The notes under the pieces were generated by a model. That model saw nothing but the letters and a program-made list of their open reading frames with translations, did not search any database and was not told the origin of the DNA. From Vulcanimicrobiota bacterium (lineage in GTDB: Bacteria > Vulcanimicrobiota > Vulcanimicrobiia > Vulcanimicrobiales > Vulcanimicrobiaceae), in NCBI GenBank assembly GCA_963778015.1, contig CAVZST010000001.1:917190-981189 (forward strand): a DNA stretch of 64,000 bases. Direction: 5' to 3'. This document shows positions 62,671-64,000 of this stretch, one piece after another (position 1 is the stretch's first letter; each line of letters begins with the position of its first letter). Both the position numbers and the translations under genes were made by a program.

Positions 62671-63519
62671 TTAGCTGTTGACTACCTCTCCTCCATTCAC
62701 GTGGATCGTCTGACCCGAGACATACGACGAATCGTCGCACGCGAGAAAGATGACCGCGGCTGCAACCTCGTGCGGTTGTCCGGGCCGTTTCATCGGCGTA
62801 TCTTGCCCGAACTTCTCGACCTCGTCCTTGGGAAACGTCGCCGGAATCAACGGCGTCCAGATCGGCCCCGGTGCAACCGCGTTGACGCGGATGCCCCGAT
62901 CGACGATCGAGTTCGATAACGCCCGCGTGAACGAAACGATAGCACCCTTCGTCGAAGAGTAGTCAACGAGCTTAGGGCTGCCTTGGTACGCCGTCACCGA
63001 GGCGATGTTGACAATCGCCGAACCGCTCTGCAAGTGCGGCAGCGCGGCCTTGACGACGAAGAACTGCGCGAAGATATTCGTGCGGAACGTTCTCTCGAGC
63101 TGTTCTGCGGTTATTTCCTCCGGGCTTTCTTGCACGTGCTGCTCGCCTGCATTGTTAACGACGATGTCGAGCCGCCCGAACCGCTGCACGGTTTCCTCAA
63201 TCGCGCTGCGGCAGAACGCTTCATCGCCGACATCCCCGCGCAGCGCGGTGCACTCGCGCTCGAGCTCCTTGACGAGACGGCAGGTTTCCGCCGCATCCTC
63301 GTCTTCATTTAGGTAGACGAACGCGACGTTGGCTCCCTCGTGCGCCGCGGCAACCGCCACTGCACGACCGATTCCGCTGTCGCCGCCGGTAACAAAGACC
63401 GTACGATCCCTAAGCTTGCCGGAGCCGGCAGTCAGCGGCGCGCTTCTCGGTTGCGGTATCATTTCGCGCTGAAGTCCCGGCTGTTGTTCCTGATGCTGCG
63501 GCGGCAAAGTTTGGCTCAT
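62671..63519 (-). CDS. SDR-family oxidoreductase (YhdF/GSP39-like general-stress type)
   Basis: ATG at 63519 is preceded by GGAGAC. TGGDSGIGRAVA, NNAG, YSSTKGA. N-terminal Q/P-rich leader typical of this subgroup. Confidence 0.9.
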   Translation of the reverse strand: MSQTLPPQHQEQQPGLQREMIPQPRSAPLTAGSGKLRDRTVFVTGGDSGIGRAVAVAAAHEGANVAFVYLNEDEDAAETCRLVKELERECTALRGDVGDEAFCRSAIEETVQRFGRLDIVVNNAGEQHVQESPEEITAEQLERTFRTNIFAQFFVVKAALPHLQSGSAIVNIASVTAYQGSPKLVDYSSTKGAIVSFTRALSNSIVDRGIRVNAVAPGPIWTPLIPATFPKDEVEKFGQDTPMKRPGQPHEVAAAVIFLACDDSSYVSGQTIHVNGGEVVNS

Positions 63520-63634
63520 TGAAAGTCTCCAAATATAAACGTTGATGTGGCACGCATTTTCCCTCGGACGCGCGCCTTCAATCAGCGCCTGTGGACGCCG
63601 AGGATTACGAGCCGCCTTTGCCGGAAGACCCCGC

Positions 63635-64000
63635 ATGCCCATCGTTGCGGTGACGCAAGCGCAGCCGGTGAGACCCGGCGGAAGCTTCGACTACGTCGCG
63701 GTCGATGCGCAGCGCCGGCGCGTCTATGCCGCGCATGGCGGCGGCGGGGGCTTAATGATTGCCGATGCCGACACCGGCAACGTGCTCGCGATTGTCAGGG
63801 TTGGCGCCATGGCGGGCGTTGCGGTCGATCCCGCAACCGGACACGTATTTACGGGCAACGGTAAAGGACGCTCCGTAAGTGAAGTCGACCCTCAAGCGCG
63901 GAGTATCCTCCGCACCGTGGCCGTCGACGGTCCGGTCGATGCGATTGCTTACGACTCCACCCTGGCCCGCATCTATGCCGATGAAGCCGACGGGACGCGC
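63635..64000 (+). CDS. 5' part (partial) of a YncE/YVTN-like beta-propeller repeat protein
   Basis: Open frame to the window end: FDYVAVDAQRRRVYAAH..LMIADADTGNVLAIVRVG..AGVAVDPATGHVFTGN..VDAIAYDSTLARIYA. Start uncertain (ATG 63635 or 63545). Confidence 0.6.
   Translation, partial: MPIVAVTQAQPVRPGGSFDYVAVDAQRRRVYAAHGGGGGLMIADADTGNVLAIVRVGAMAGVAVDPATGHVFTGNGKGRSVSEVDPQARSILRTVAVDGPVDAIAYDSTLARIYADEADGTR

Overview
GC-rich bacterial chromosomal segment. I recognised no rRNA, CRISPR array, transposase, integrase or phage genes. The backbone has six parts. (1) The 3' end of a membrane pyrophosphatase. (2) The tRNA-Arg/rpmG/tRNA-Trp/secE/nusG/rplKA and rplJL cluster (7.9-3.5 kb, minus strand). It is interrupted by an opposite-strand membrane-protein gene and is not followed by rpoBC. 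(3) A stand-alone rpoC (30.9-34.7 kb) with no adjacent rpoB. (4) An actinobacterial-style respiratory block at 41.2-50.3 kb: ctaC-ctaD-ctaF, ctaE-qcrA-qcrB-ctaG, and a separate dihaem qcrC. (5) An ~11 kb co-directional minus-strand block at 28.5-17.1 kb: LemA, TPM, TPM, amidase-like, MalT/LuxR, sORF, hypothetical, OmpR-type regulator, histidine kinase, and a giant TonB-dependent-receptor-like protein. (6) A cluster of small stress-type proteins at 34.9-41.2 kb: lmo0937-like, DUF6496-like, DUF6582-like x2, DJ-1/PfpI and cupin, plus a GAF-PP2C-HATPase phosphatase, a MEDS protein and a UdgX-type uracil-DNA glycosylase. Four things stand out. (i) A ~5.5 kb block (50.3-55.8 kb) is bracketed by a reciprocally decayed direct duplication of the ctaG/glycosidase convergent junction. 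It carries a frameshifted HTH-NB-ARC-TPR (STAND) regulator and two tandem paralogous lipoprotein genes, each preceded by the same palindromic GTACGnGCGTAC element. (ii) The TonB-dependent-receptor-like protein continues for 324 aa past its barrel-terminal ...YSARF motif, through a Gly/Pro linker into two tandem Cys-containing domains I do not recognise. (iii) rpoC is uncoupled from rpoB and from rplJL. (iv) A 16-nt core repeat (GCTCAGGATGACACCG) sits in tandem copies directly behind the stops of rpoC and cfa. All calls come from reading the ORF translations and the nucleotide sequence. No database search was run, so family names are recollections of motifs and should be verified.
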